This document shows positions 51,601 to 64,000 of a stretch of 64,000 nucleotides of DNA, one piece after another. The stretch covers positions 24,244,001 to 24,308,000 of the forward strand of contig NC_086118.1 of NCBI RefSeq assembly GCF_963921235.1, read 5' to 3'. How positions within the stretch are numbered: position 1 is the stretch's first letter; every line of letters starts with the position of its first letter. This DNA comes from Mobula hypostoma (Eukaryota). The notes beneath the pieces were generated by a model. The model did no database searches, was not told the origin of the DNA, and saw nothing but the letters and a program-made list of their open reading frames with translations. Both the position numbers and the translations under genes were made by a program.

Positions 51601-53517
51601 TGCATAGGTCCGGAGGACTTATTAGGTTATCCATGATGGAAATTCCTTGCCTCTCACCTGAATTTTTTGGTGAAATTCAGGACACAACGTGCTCTCTTGC
51701 CTCGCTGGCTGACTAACATCACTTGCTGCTAGCACCTTCCGTACTCCTGCAGTTTCTTTCTCCGTCACTAGCATTTTTTCTCAGTAACGCACAGCACCCA
51801 TGTACTCTTCATGTTTAGACCTCAAACCAACTTCTAACACCATCTTTGCTCTTAGTAGAGACAAAAAGTGTTGGTAAAAGCTTGAACATTTTGTTTACAG
51901 TAATGGTTTTAGTTCTGCCCTGAGCGTATGCAACCAACCCACCAATGTCGTTTCCCATTCGAGGTTGAACTGCCTGCATTGCCCACTGAAAAATGAAGTT
52001 CTTTATTATGTACACACATAAGAACACAAGTCAGATTCGTAATTTAATGGAATTCGGCAAATCTTGGTTTGTTCACTTTTGAAATAATGTCATGGAATTG
52101 TTTGTATCCACTATAGGGGCAGCAAGGTCTCAGATTGTTGTCCTACCTGAAAGGTCACAACTCCAGTGGTGCAACATTTCCTCAGTATTACACCAGTATG
52201 TCAACCTATTTTTATGTAAAAGCATTTGGATTTGGGCTTGAGCTGACAACTTTTTCCTTTTAGGGACAATTGTAATTTCATGAGGCATAGATGCCATCTA
52301 TGTGCAATTTTTAAATAGCAGAATGGATGTGGATCTTATGAAAAAGCTCAGCAAAAATCTTGCCAAATCATGGATACTTTGGAGATACCCATTTGGTATA
52401 TATCTGGAGATATCTATTAGTAAAAGATGTATTAATAGCAATTTTCTGCCTTTAAGAATGGATTTAATGTTTTTGAATATGAGAGAAATATGAGAGTTTA
52501 CCATTCTTATCCTTCCAGTGGGAAAACCCAGCTTGCAAAGAAGGCATCTTATGCTTCAGCTCAGAGCATAAACTCAGAGAGCCTACAGGAATGTAAATAT
52601 TTGCATAATACTCAAAATTCAAGGCAAATTGAATAACATTTAGAGGGTGATATTTACTGAACTGCAACAATTTTCCTTAATTTTTTTAGCCATCTTTTAT
52701 ATTTTTCCTTCTAGTTCTGGGCTTTCTTTCTTCGTTCTCATTCTGAAAGTAGAATTAGTGGGAATGCACAGTCCTATACAAACACAACGCAAATACTAAT
52801 AGAGATGTGAAAAATAACACAAACCCCAGACTCACCTGGAACTTCTGAATGGTACGTGCTTTAGGCTGAGTACAAAACTCTTGCTATTTCCCACTCCTGG
52901 GGAATCTGCCCACTAAAATGTGCCAAGTTAGACTTAATGTAAGAACAGTGACTCCATTCATTTCAATGGAGATTCAGGATTGTTTGTCATCATTTCCAGT
53001 GCACAAGTGTGAAGGAGAACGAAATAATTGTTAGTCTGGATCCAATGCATTATAAAAACAAACATAAAGATAAAGAACACGATAAAAACACAATAAATAT
53101 TAATATATTAGATAGCTTATATACCAAGATTAATTGCACGTACATAAAGTGACTGTACATAAGGTGACTTTGACAGGGAATTCCTGGTGGTGAAGTAGTG
53201 GGCAGAGCTGTTGATCGGCCTTACTGCTTGGAGAAAGTAACTGTTTTTGAGTCTGTTGGTCCTGCCGTGGATGATGTGCAGCTTCCTTCCTGATTGCAGT
53301 AGGACAAACAGTCTGTGTGCTGGCTGGGTGGGATCCATGATACTGCTGGCCTTTTTCAAGCACCTCTCTGTATGTACTACATCCTTGATGGTGGGAAGCC
53401 AGTGATGTATCGGGCAGTTTTGCCTCTCCATCGTAGAACCTTCCTATCTGTTGCAGCAACACACGTAAAAGTTGTTGGTGAACGCAACAGGCCAGGCAGC
53501 ATCTATAGGAAGAGGTG

Positions 53518-53559
53518 CAGTCGACGTTTCAGGCCGAGACCCTTCGTCAGGACTAACTG
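53518..53559 (-). ncRNA. Minimal type-I hammerhead ribozyme (left arm of inverted PLE)
   Basis: Intact CTGACGA...GAAACGTC core on the minus strand. Confidence 0.8.
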
Positions 53560-55270
53560 AAGGAAGAGTGAGTAAGGGATTTGAAAGTTGGAGGGGGAGG
53601 GGGAGATCCAAAATGATAGGAGAAGACAGGAAGGGGTGGGATGGAGCCAAGAGCTGGACAGGTGATAGGCAAAAGGGATACGAGAGGATCATGGGACAGG
53701 AGGTCCGGGAAGAAAGACAAGGGGGGGGGGCGACCCAGAGGATGGGCAAGAGGTATATTCAGAGGGACAGAGGGAGAAAAAGGAGAGTGAGAGAAAGAAT
53801 GTGTGTATAAAAATAAGTAACAGATGGGGTACGAGGGGGAGGTGGGGCATTAGCAGAAGTTAGAGAAGTCGATGTTCATGCCATCAAGACATCTCCCTTG
53901 TCCTAGAATGAAAAGCCTCATCCTGAGAACAGATGCGGCGGAGACGGAGGAATTGCGAGAAGGGGATGGCGTTTTTGCAAGAGACAGGGTGAGAAGAGGA
54001 ATAGTCCAGATAGCTGTGAGAGTCAGTAGGCTTATAGTAGACATCAGTGGATAAGCTGTCTCCAGAGACAGAGACAGAAAGATCTAGAAAGGGGAGGGAG
54101 GTGTCAGAAATGGACCAGGTAAACTTGAGGGCAGGATGAAAGTTGGAGGCAAAGTTAATAAAGTCAACGAGCTCTGCATGCGTGCAGGAAGCAGCGCCAA
54201 TGCAATAAGGATGAGGCTTTTCATTCTAGGACGAGGGCGATGTCTTCCTTTTTTAAAGAAAGGGGCTTCCCTTCCTCCATTATCAACTCTGCTCTTAAAC
54301 GCATCTCCCCCATTTCACGTACATCTGCTCTCACTCCATCCTCCCGCCACCCCACTAGGAATAGGGTTCCCCTGGTCCTCACCTACCACCCCACCAGCCT
54401 TCGGGTCCAACATATTATTCTCTGTAACTTCCACCACCTCCAACGGGATCCCACCACTAAGCACATCTTTCTCTCCTCCCCTCTCTCTGCATTCCGCAGG
54501 GATCGCTCCCTACGCGACTCCATTGTCCATTCGTCCCCCCCATCCCTCCCCACTGATCTCCCTCCTGGCACTTATCCGTGTAAGCGGAACAAGTGCTACA
54601 CGTGCCCTTACACTTCCTCCTTTACCACCATTCAGGGCCCCAAACAGTCCTTCCAGGTGAGGCATCACTTCACCTGTGAGTCGGCTGGGGTGATATACTG
54701 CGTCCGGTGCTCCCATTGTGGCCTTTTATATATTGGCGAGACCCGACGCAGACTGGGAGACCGCTTTGCTGAACACCTACGCTCTGTCCACCAGAGAAAG
54801 CAGGATCTCCCAGTGGCCACACATTTTAATTCCACATCCCATTCCCATTCTGACATGTCTATCCACGGCCTCCTCTACTGTAAAGATGAATCCACACTCA
54901 GGTTGGAGGAACAACACCTTATATTCTGTCTGGGTAGCCTCCAACCTGATGGCATGAACATCGACTTCTCTAACTTCCGCTAATGCCCCACCTCCCCCTC
55001 ATACCCCATCCGTTATTTATTTTTATACACACATTCTTTCTCTCACTCTCCTTTTTCTCCCTCTGTCCCTCTGACTATACCCCTTGCCCATCCTCTGGGT
55101 CCCCCCCCGCCGTCTTTCTTCCCGGACCTCCTGTCCCATGATCCTCTCGTATCCCTTTTGCCTGTCAGCTGTCCAGCTCTTGGCTCCATCCCTCCCCCTC
55201 CTGTCTTCTCCTGTCATTTTGGATCTCCCCCTCCCCCTCCAACTTTCAAATCCCTTACTCACTCTTCCTT

Positions 55271-55312
55271 CAGTTAGTCCTGACGAAGGGTCTCGGCCTG
55301 AAACGTCGACTG
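55271..55312 (+). ncRNA. Minimal type-I hammerhead ribozyme (right arm of inverted PLE)
   Basis: Intact CTGACGA...GAAACGTC core with AGTC/GACT stem I. Confidence 0.8.
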
Positions 55313-56576
55313 CACCTCTTCCTAGAGATGCTGCCTGGCCTGCTGCGTTCACCAGCAACTTTTATGTGTGTTGCTTGAATTTCCAGCATCTGCAGAATTC
55401 CTGTTGTTTGCTATGTGTTGCAGTGCAGTTTCTGGACCATGCAGTGAATCAGCATGCTGGGATGCTCTCCGCTACACATCTGTAGAAGGTCGTGACTATT
55501 CATGTGTATCGTCCAGCTCACTTCAGCCTCCCTCAGAAAATAGAGCCACTGGTGAGCTTTTTTTTTGATTTTGTTGAATGTGTTCTGCGACCGTGAGAGG
55601 TTGTGTAAGATGTGCACTCCCAGGAGTTTGAAACTGCTTACAGCTTCCACTATCGTGCGACCGATGTAAAGAGGGGTGTGAGTGGTGCAGGTTCTGCTGA
55701 GGTCAGTAACCATCACCTTTGGTTTGTTGACATTGAGGAAGAGGTTATTTGCCTGTCAGGTAGCTGCTAAAGTTATAGGTCATTTACCTTTTCTACACTA
55801 ATAGAATTTATTTAAATGACTTTTAAACTTAATATTTTCAATTGATTTATTTTATTGGCTTTGAAAGTCTTCATGAAGGTTCACTGTTTTCAAACAATTA
55901 TCTCTCGTGCTCCAGACAGCCATTGAATGACATAATATGTTGCATTTATATGGTATTCCAAAACTTGCGGTCTTTTGTTAAAATTAGTTTTGAAATCTGG
56001 CATTGTTGGCGAGGCCTACATTTATCGCTAAACCTTAATTGCCTTTGAGCAGGTGGTGGTGAGTTGCTTTCTTGAATTACTGAAGGTATTTCTATGTTTT
56101 TGTTTCACACAGATTTCCAGGGTTTAGAGCCAGGAACAATGGAGGGCTGGTGAGTAAACAGAATAAGGTGAGGCTTCTATCGGATTCTTCAAGTTGAGGG
56201 GTTCATGTGGATCTGGTGACCCTGTTCTTTGTGGTAATAGAGATTGTTGTTTTGAGAGGTGCTCTTAGAGTAGCCTGGGAACGTAAGTACAGTCTATTTT
56301 CCAGATGGAAGGCACAAAGATTCCTGTGGATTAATTAGAGAGAATACACATTTAAGGTTGTGGATGGAGTGCAGATCAATCGGGATAGCCTGTCCTGTAT
56401 ATTGTTGGGTTTCTGGAACTGCATTTCAGAAACTTTTGCCTGTAGCTCAGCTTTAATTTTCCTCTTTTGCTCATAGACACATTTTAAAAGCAGTCATGCT
56501 TTCATCCATGCTCAATTGTCCACAAATAGACTCACAAATAAGGTTTATGCACAAAAAAAAAATCAATCAGCTCCAA

Positions 56577-57995
56577 GGCATTGGCCTTGTGCAGTTGGAT
56601 CCTGGATTTCCTCTCTTGTAGACCCCAGTTAGTTTGTATTGGCAATGACATCTCCTCCATGATCTCCATCAGCACAGGTGCACCACAGGGCTGTGTGCTT
56701 AGTCCCCTGCTCTACTCACTTTACACCTATGACTGTGTGGCTAAGCACAGCTCCAACACCAAATTCAAGTTTGCTGATGACACCGCTGTTGAGGACCGAA
56801 TCAAAGGTGGTGATGAATCAGCATACTGGAGGGAGACTGAAAATTTGGCTGAGTGGTGCCATAACAACAATCTCTCACTCAATGTCAGCAAGACTAAGGA
56901 ACTGATTATAGACTTCAGGAGAGGGAAACTCATCGGAGGACAGAGGGGGAGATGGTTGGCAACTTTAATTTCCTGGGTTTACTATTTCAGAGAATCTCTG
57001 CTGGACCTAGCACGTAAGTGCAATTGTGAAGAAAGTACAGCCGTGCCTCTACTTCCTTAGGACTCTGGAAGTTTGGCATGACCTCTAATACTTTAATAAA
57101 CTTCAATAGATGTGTGGTGGAGAGTATACTGATTGGCTGCATCATGGCCTGGTATGGAAACACCAATGCCTTTGAACAGAAAATCCTACAACATGTAGTG
57201 GATTCTGCCCAGAACATCATGGGTATAGGGATCCGTTAGTCTCATGAGACCATGGATTTGCGCCTTGGAAGATTTCCAGGGCGCAGGCCTGGGCAAGGTT
57301 GTATGGAAGACCGACAGTTGCCCATGCTGCAAATCCCCCCTCTCCATGCCACTGATGTTGTCCAAGGGAAGGGCATTAGGACCCATACGGCTTGGCACTG
57401 GTGTTGTCGCAGAGCAATGTGTGGTTGCTTCAGCCAAGGCTCAAACTAGCGACCTTCAAATCACAAGACTAATGCTTTAACCACTTGGTCACGCGCCAAC
57501 ATCATGGGTAAAGCCTTCCAAACTATTGAGCACATGTACATCAAATGCTGTTGTAGGAAAGAAGCATCCATCATCAGAGGTCCCTATCACCCAGGTCATG
57601 CTCTCTTCTCACTGCTGCCATCTGGTAGAAGGCACAAGAGCCTCAGGACTCAAAGCATCAAGCTCAAGAACAGTTACTACTCCCCAGCCATCAGGCACTC
57701 GAATATTTGGGGGTTAAATACATTCACTTACTCCATCATTCAGATGTTTCCCACAACCAATGATCTCACTTTAAGGATTCTTTATCTCACTATCTTACAT
57801 TCTTGTTATTTATCGCTATGTATTTCTATTTGAATTTGCAGTTTGTTGTCTTCTGCACTCTGGTTGATCTTCCATTGATCCTGTAACAATGACTATTCTA
57901 TAGATTTGTTGAGTACACCCACAGGAAAATGAATCGCAGGATTGTATATGGTGACATATCTGTACTTCTATAAACAAAATTTACCTTGAACTTTG
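56577..57995 (+). mobile_element. Rex1/Babar LINE fragment with nested SINE-like insertion (~57225-57500)
   Basis: STGAPQGCVLSPLLYSLYT.DC, KFADDT and KTKELIIDFRR motifs. Confidence 0.88.
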
Positions 57996-58464
57996 AGCCA
58001 AGGCGAAGGTACAAATGCGACGTCGATAAATAGAAAAAGGAGGATCAAAAACTGAGGTCTGCAAAAGTTGAAATTAAATCGTGAAAACATTGAAGGTGAA
58101 GACTAAAAACTGTGCCCTTGGTAACCGTTCAAATTGAATTATTTTTGAAAAGAAAGGACCAAAAATATCTTTTGAATTCAGAAACTGGTACCTTTATTGA
58201 ACCCTGAGTACATGCAGTTTCAAACAGCAGCTCTGTTGCTACTGTGTGAAAACTAATCCCATACTTATGATTAAATATTAATAAAAGTTATCTATACCCA
58301 AATACTCTGAATGGAAAGTTATACCTTCCTGGGAACCAAATTATTCACTGGGAAGCAAAAAGCTGCACTCAATGTACAGTAAATGGTATCTTAGCAAATT
58401 TAAAGAAGAATTATTTGCACCATACATTGAAATGAAATGCTTAATTAGTTGGATCCTAAAAAGA

Positions 58465-59252
58465 AAAAGTAAGGCGGCGACTCCTTTGTTTGCATCTTCG
58501 GAAACAGCTTTATTTCCACCTTTAATATCTTTATTTTTCCCTTTCAGGATTCTTTTGAAGACCCTGACCTGGAATTACATGCAGGCTTCGGTTCTTTACG
58601 GGAATGGGACCCGTTCTTGGAGTTCCCCGACTGGCTGTTATTTGATATGCTAAGTGTTTGGCCTGACAGCCTTGATCGTGTTCAGAAGCCTAAGATCTCG
58701 GGGCTCTGGAGACGGTCGGATCGAAGGTCAGTGTCATGGCAGGAAACTCATGTATCATCGGGGAGGCCGGAAAATCTTTCACTGTGGGCTCGAAGACCCG
58801 AGGTCTTTGCAATCTTTGGATACAGAGCCAAAAAAGGCGACGAAACAGACTTTTAACATCATAAAACAGCAGGTTGTTGTTATGTTTCCCACTCAGTGAA
58901 AATGGGGGACACCTCCCTCTCCCTTGCCAGGGAGAGAGAGAACCTGTGGTTTGACAAATGTCGGATGAAATGCCAAGCCTTTGGGGTAACTTTGGTCTGT
59001 GTCTTTGTTATTGCTTAGCACACGCTTGTCTCAGAATGGTATCGATGTGTTTTTTCTGCTGGTGGGGGGGGGCAATCATTGCTTGCTGCCTCTTACACAC
59101 AGGAGGGGGGGAGCTGGGAGGGGACTTTGGGGTTCTCACATTTAACTGTTGCTCTCACATTTAACTTCTCTGTTTTTGTGGATGTTTGCGAAGAAAAGGC
59201 ATTTTAGGATGTATATTGTATACATTTATCTCACATTAAATTCAACCTTTGA
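58465..59252 (+). mobile_element. Non-autonomous retroposon-like repeat (a related copy at ~62345-63160)
   Basis: Shared GC-rich head and tail gaagaa..g.attt.ag..tgtat.ttgtat.catt...tgacattaaat between the two loci. Confidence 0.55.
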
Positions 59253-60317
59253 AGAGTCTGGATGAACCTAGACATTAATGTAGTTAAGTATTATAGCCAT
59301 CCGGTATGAGAAAATATCTGTAATAAATAGAGTGGAATCTGTTCATATTGTTAATATCAAATTTTCTATCAACTGTACATGTCACTTGTTTTTCTGTCCT
59401 GCTTCAAAATGTTAAATAATGTTTGTTCTTAGTTGGATAACTTACGCTGTCTGTGAGGCCAGGAATAAAGATTTACAAAGTGTTCACAACGCATCAATCC
59501 TTCCTCAGCAGTTACTTTCTACTTGACCTCAAGAGCACTGCTCCATGGGCAGTCACCATACCCTTAAAGGACAGGCAAGGTGAAATACTGATTCACTTTG
59601 CAGTTAAACATTTTAATTATGTTCCTTACTCCAGACAGCTAGTGAGCAATGCAAACAAGAAGGCAATCATCTTCAGTAAATCTTCAATGATAGGAGCAGA
59701 GAGAGATAGAGCTAAACACTCAGTTCTTGATCTGGATCCAGATTTATGAATCTGCAGTCTTGTCACATCAGCCCTAGACCTTGTCTCAATTTTCAATATG
59801 CCTGTGCATATAGATATTCTTATTCATATATACTGTACATACATAATGAGGAACCAATCATTGTCCGTACAAACGCTATGATCAATTTCCAGACTAGTTC
59901 TATGGCACTTTACAGCAGAGAAAAAGAATCTTTTCCCATTTTATTTCTTTCTACTTTACCAATATATTCTATTTTTATTGGAAATATATCTAATTACCTT
60001 GCTTCTACTTCAACTAATCACAATAAAATTCCACTCTTATATATCTCTAAATAAATAAATCTGTCATGAATTCCTTGCTGATTTAGTAATGACTATTTTA
60101 TATTTTAAAATTTTGGTCCAAGGACAAATTTCCTACAGCTGTCCTATCAAAGCTCTTCTGAATTTAAAAGGTCACCTTCCAGACAATCCAGCCTTTCTTG
60201 TTAGGAGTGATTGGACAGAAAATGCTACATTGTTAATGTCAACTGTCATATCAAACTATATATTCTATGTGAATTTCTCTTTTCAGTTTTTAATCATCCT
60301 CTTTCCATTAAGCATGT

Positions 60318-60590
60318 TGAATGCAACACACACAAAATGCTGGAGAAGCTCAACAAATCAGACAGCATCTATGGAGATGAACAAACAGTTGATGTTTCAG
60401 GCTGAGATTATTCTTCAGAACTGGAAAGGAAGGGGGAAGATACCAAAATAAAAAGGTGGGGGTGGTGGAGAGGATAGCTAGAAGATGATAAGTGAAGTCA
60501 GGTCGGTAAGAAAGATAAAGTGCTTGAGAGGAAGGAATCTGATGGGAGTGCAGAGTGGACCATAGGAGAAAGGGAAGGAGGAGGGGACCC
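60318..60590 (-). mobile_element. Older PLE pseudo-LTR-derived SINE-like repeat
   Basis: Reverse complement of the ctga.gaa...gaaac..c.actg...tagatgctg..tga...gctgag.t.ctccagcattttgtgtgtgttgc tail. Confidence 0.75.
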
Positions 60591-63500
60591 AGTGATAATT
60601 ATGCTGCATGCCAGCTTGTAATGTGTTGGTTATTGTATGATTTATTCCTTACCTACGTACCTGACAACCATTCTTCTCCATTATATTAGGTAATGTCTTC
60701 CATATTTTGCCTTTAATCCTTTAGACAATGCTTCCATCATGTTTTAGAAACGGTAAGCTGAAAATCACAGGTAATAAATTCGATTTCTTGCATATTGTAA
60801 TAGTAAGGACTTTTATTAAAATCATTATTTAATTCAGATTGTTTCATCGGACTAATGGATGCAAGTTTGCTGACTTGTAGTGAACATAAATATTATTGTA
60901 AATAATGTAAGTTTTTAACATATTGAATATTCACTGACATTATAAAACTCTGTATTATGATTTTGTTTTACTATTAAGATATTTTGTACCTGGAACTTCT
61001 TCACTGCCGCCAAATCACTTCTTGAAACAACAGATTAAACACTGAAATTCTTGCTGATCCCAGCAATGGGAAATATACCCACAGAGTCTGTACCAACTTG
61101 GACCTGGGAAAAGAGCCATTCATTTCATTAGAGATGAATAGCTGTCAGGTCACTAGGTAATGAATATGTGAAAGGAATTAACTTGGTTTATGAAATGCAT
61201 TTGAAACTTTTTAATTATTGTAAGTTATTACTTATTTTTTGAAGATTTAATTTTTCCAAATGTCAGCAATATTCAGAAATGTTTTAATATTTTTGCTAAC
61301 CTGTTAAGATGGCTGACAATTCTTATTCATCACTCCTATAGGCTTCCTTCAGCTCTGATGGGAGATGATATTTATATCCAAATGACTATCCATTAGTTAA
61401 AGTCTTGCTGATGAGGATCAGTACAATTTCTGTATGGAAGTTAGCATGGGCCTTTTTGTCAGAGTAAGTACAGACCTAGCAAGTAAATAGAAGGCAAGAC
61501 TGGATGACTTTAGTTGCTGGAATGTCTTTGCTAGGAATTTCTAGGCGCTATATTTTAATGGAATTTTTGTTCCATTATATGATCAGTATGACTATAACTT
61601 TGAAAACTATTTCTGTTGTTATTTTCCATGCTGCAGAGCATTTGTCATTTAGTAATGAATTGTCATATAGATCAAATAATTTCACAAGGTTTCATTGCTC
61701 TGCATCTTCCAAAAAGTCCGATTTCATAGGGAAACCGGAACTTTTTAATATGTTCCAAGGGTAGATTGAAAACTTCGCATTCACTGTAAGTTCTGAAATC
61801 TAAAATGTTACTCTACAAAATAAAACATTGCATGGTCAAAAGGGACATTTGGAATTCCTGTACTTTGCTCAGGATTTGGCCCACAGGCTCTGCCCCTGCC
61901 TGATATATGACTCACATTTTAGTGAATGAAGAGAGACAAGAATAATCTATGTTGCAACTTTTTTTTGTTTTAGACAAGTGTGTTCAGTGAAGAAATAAAC
62001 AATATAAAATTTAAATTGTCTTGGAAGGCTTCTGAACGTTAGAAATCTGAGACACTCCAAGAGCTGGAGTCCTTTGGCGGGTGATAAATCTGAGCTGTGT
62101 CTTTGCTGCTGGACCAAGACATTTTCACCAGTGCTGTGGTGGGACTTGTTCTGGACAACACACAAAAGTGGAACTGCATGAGACCATTCCCGTTTTGTGC
62201 AACAAGATTGTTGCATTAAAAATCCAAATCACTGCAATGGCCTTTTGTCCAGCAGCTTCTGTCATTATAACTTGAGCAGAGGAAATTATTCTGCAAATGA
62301 AGTAATTAATTATTTGTAATTTTATAATAATATTCTAAAGTTTTGTGGGAGAAGCTAGGAAAGATGGTGACAGAGGTTTTTGTAGACCCCGGCGACTTCT
62401 TCAGATTGTCCACGAAACGGCTTATTCTTCCTTTTTCATGTCTTGCTTTTTTTTCAAGGTGTCTGGGATTTTGTCGGAGCCCATGATCTACAATTCAAAC
62501 TATGGTTCTCTGCAAGTGGTGGGTTTTTGCACCGACATTTTGATACCTCCGGGGTGGGGGGGGGGGGGCGGTGCTGGAATACATGAAGCTTTCAGGGTCT
62601 GCTTAGTAGGGTTTCTTTTTTATTATCACAAAAGCTTTTCAATCTTTAAGATAATTTTTTTTTTCCTTGAGACATTGTAAGTGTTGTTACTTTGATGTAC
62701 TCATGTTATTTTTTTTTGAATAATATAATAATAAAAAGATTTGAAAAGAGAGCTTTCAGGGTCTGCTCTCTCTCTCTCTCTCTCTCATGGTCCTGAGGAT
62801 CCTCAAGTCGGGGGGGGGGGTAGTGTAGGGATTCTCAGAGAAGTGATGTGGGACATTATAACACTGGAACAGCGAGCTGCTGGTCTCCCGCTCTCGTTGT
62901 TGCAGGACCGACCTCTAGATCAAGGTCTCTTTGGGGGCTTTGCTATTGGGTGCATGATAGGGAGGGTCGTTGATTTTGCTGCTGCAAGTGGGTGGAGGGG
63001 GAGGGTTGATACTTTTGCTGCTCTTGCACATGGGGGGGGGACTTCTGATGTTTCTGTCATTTGTTCTTTGTTTTTATTTCTGGTTCATGTTTGTCTGTGA
63101 AGAGTAAGAATTTCAAGTTGTATGTTGTATGCATTCTCTGATATTAAATTGAACCACTGGATCATTCTGAATCAATCAATGTGAGCATTAGGAATGAAAG
63201 ATTCACAATTGGTCTGATTATATATCAGGATCAGGAAATGAGCGGTAGGGTGCTGACACGAGTCGGGGTGAAACTTATGGATCACTTGGCAAGTGATTTT
63301 GGGATAGGGATAGTGTCAACTGGAGAGATTATCTGAGAAACTCAGTAGCAAGGGCAATGGGTGAGAGAAAACACTAAGATCAGAACTTTAAAGAAGATCT
63401 GCCTGGGAAACTTTGGGTGCTCCAAATTTCCCAATTGCACACTCGATTAGGCTGGGCCTCAATTAATGATGAAAATTTAATTTAAGGAAGTGCAAAACAG

Positions 63501-64000
63501 ACATTGAGAATTTTAATAAATACATTACACTAACAGTTTTAGATTTCCAAATTTACTTGATGCTTACATTTTAACAAAAAGAATCATATTATTTGTAATA
63601 AAAACACAAAATACTGAAAAGGTCAGGGAACATCTATTAAGAGAGAAATGAAGTTAATTCTTCTGACCAAACTATTTGTAGCTCTGATAAAAGATTATCA
63701 TCCTATTCCACCCTCCCTTCCCATAGATCCTGCCTGACTTCCTGAGTACTTACAGGTTTTTCTGTTTTTATTTTAAATTTCCAGAAACATTTTGTTTTGC
63801 TTTTAGTTCATATATTATTTATTCTATTTATATAATCTGTTTCATTTTTTACATACATTCATAAACTATTTTCATTAGCATAGTGGCTTTATGTTAGTTT
63901 ATGCCTTTTCCGACAAGGTCCAAATTTAAAGGTGGAAAAGCTGTCAAATATCTCCAGTTGCTGGAGAGACATGGAAACAACCCGAATATGGTAGAAACTG

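Larger units (their letters stand above)
36338..52028 (-). mobile_element. Old Gypsy LTR retrotransposon split into four pieces (36338-36995, 42733-43417, 46790-49280, ~51600-52028) by nested insertions
   Basis: Diverged ~185-bp LTRs at 36338-36521 and 51843-52028. PBS TGGTGTTAGAAGTTGG (51842-51827, tRNA-Leu-like) and PPT AGGGAGAAGA (36531-36522). Remnants of gag CCHC (CNKCGKKNHSAKCC), protease FKLDT, RT MDDII/FLGMVTYL and integrase YRSSPL..GLSPAQ. Confidence 0.88.
53457..55410. mobile_element. Neptune-type PLE with inverted structure (minus arm ~53457-54205, plus arm ~54208-55410)
   Basis: Two oppositely oriented pseudo-LTRs; ORF 54240..54983 encodes thumb + GIY-YIG; 13-bp duplication ctat(c/g)tgttgcag at 53444-53456 and 55411-55423. 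Confidence 0.92.
52970..55757 (-). mobile_element. Rex1/Babar 3' fragment interrupted by the inverted PLE
   Basis: RCLKKASSI.DPT.P.H.LF.LL.SGR...RLKNSYF (53117..53431) and FKLLGVHI (55411..55716) on either side of the TSD. Confidence 0.8.

Noticed and set aside
61342..61463. Plus-strand coding exon (TATAG|G ... AGA|GTAAGT)
   Set aside because: Splice signals are good, but there are stops in all three frames and no recognisable homology, so it is not supportable as CDS.

Overview
Vertebrate genomic DNA, very likely a cartilaginous fish such as a ray (inferred from the repeat families, not verified). The one recognisable host gene is tektin-3 (TEKT3) on the minus strand. I reconstructed seven coding exons by hand (30389->5807). 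All introns are GT-AG, the phases are consistent, and the CDS is 1452 nt (483 aa + stop). A CpG-rich candidate promoter with RFX-, forkhead- and GC-box-like motifs lies at ~35.3-35.6 kb. Much of the rest is transposable elements: young Neptune-type Penelope-like elements (PLEs; RT + Cys-rich linker + GIY-YIG), CR1, Rex1/Babar, RTE and L1-like LINE pieces, SINEs, DNA-transposon MITEs and a solo LTR. A 15.7-kb nest (36338-52028) is an old Gypsy element holding a BEL/Pao element, two CR1s and two PLEs. The most notable non-coding signal is a minimal type-I hammerhead ribozyme in the 3' pseudo-LTR of the PLEs. Five copies have intact cores, one of them sense-oriented in the last TEKT3 intron. There are also many decayed SINE-like derivatives, and one ~100-bp insertion begins almost exactly at the predicted cleavage site. 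The ancestral TEKT3 start codon appears to have decayed (ATG->ATT plus a 1-nt deletion), with a downstream Met used instead. Hammerheads in PLEs are known in principle, so any novelty is family- or locus-specific and needs checking.
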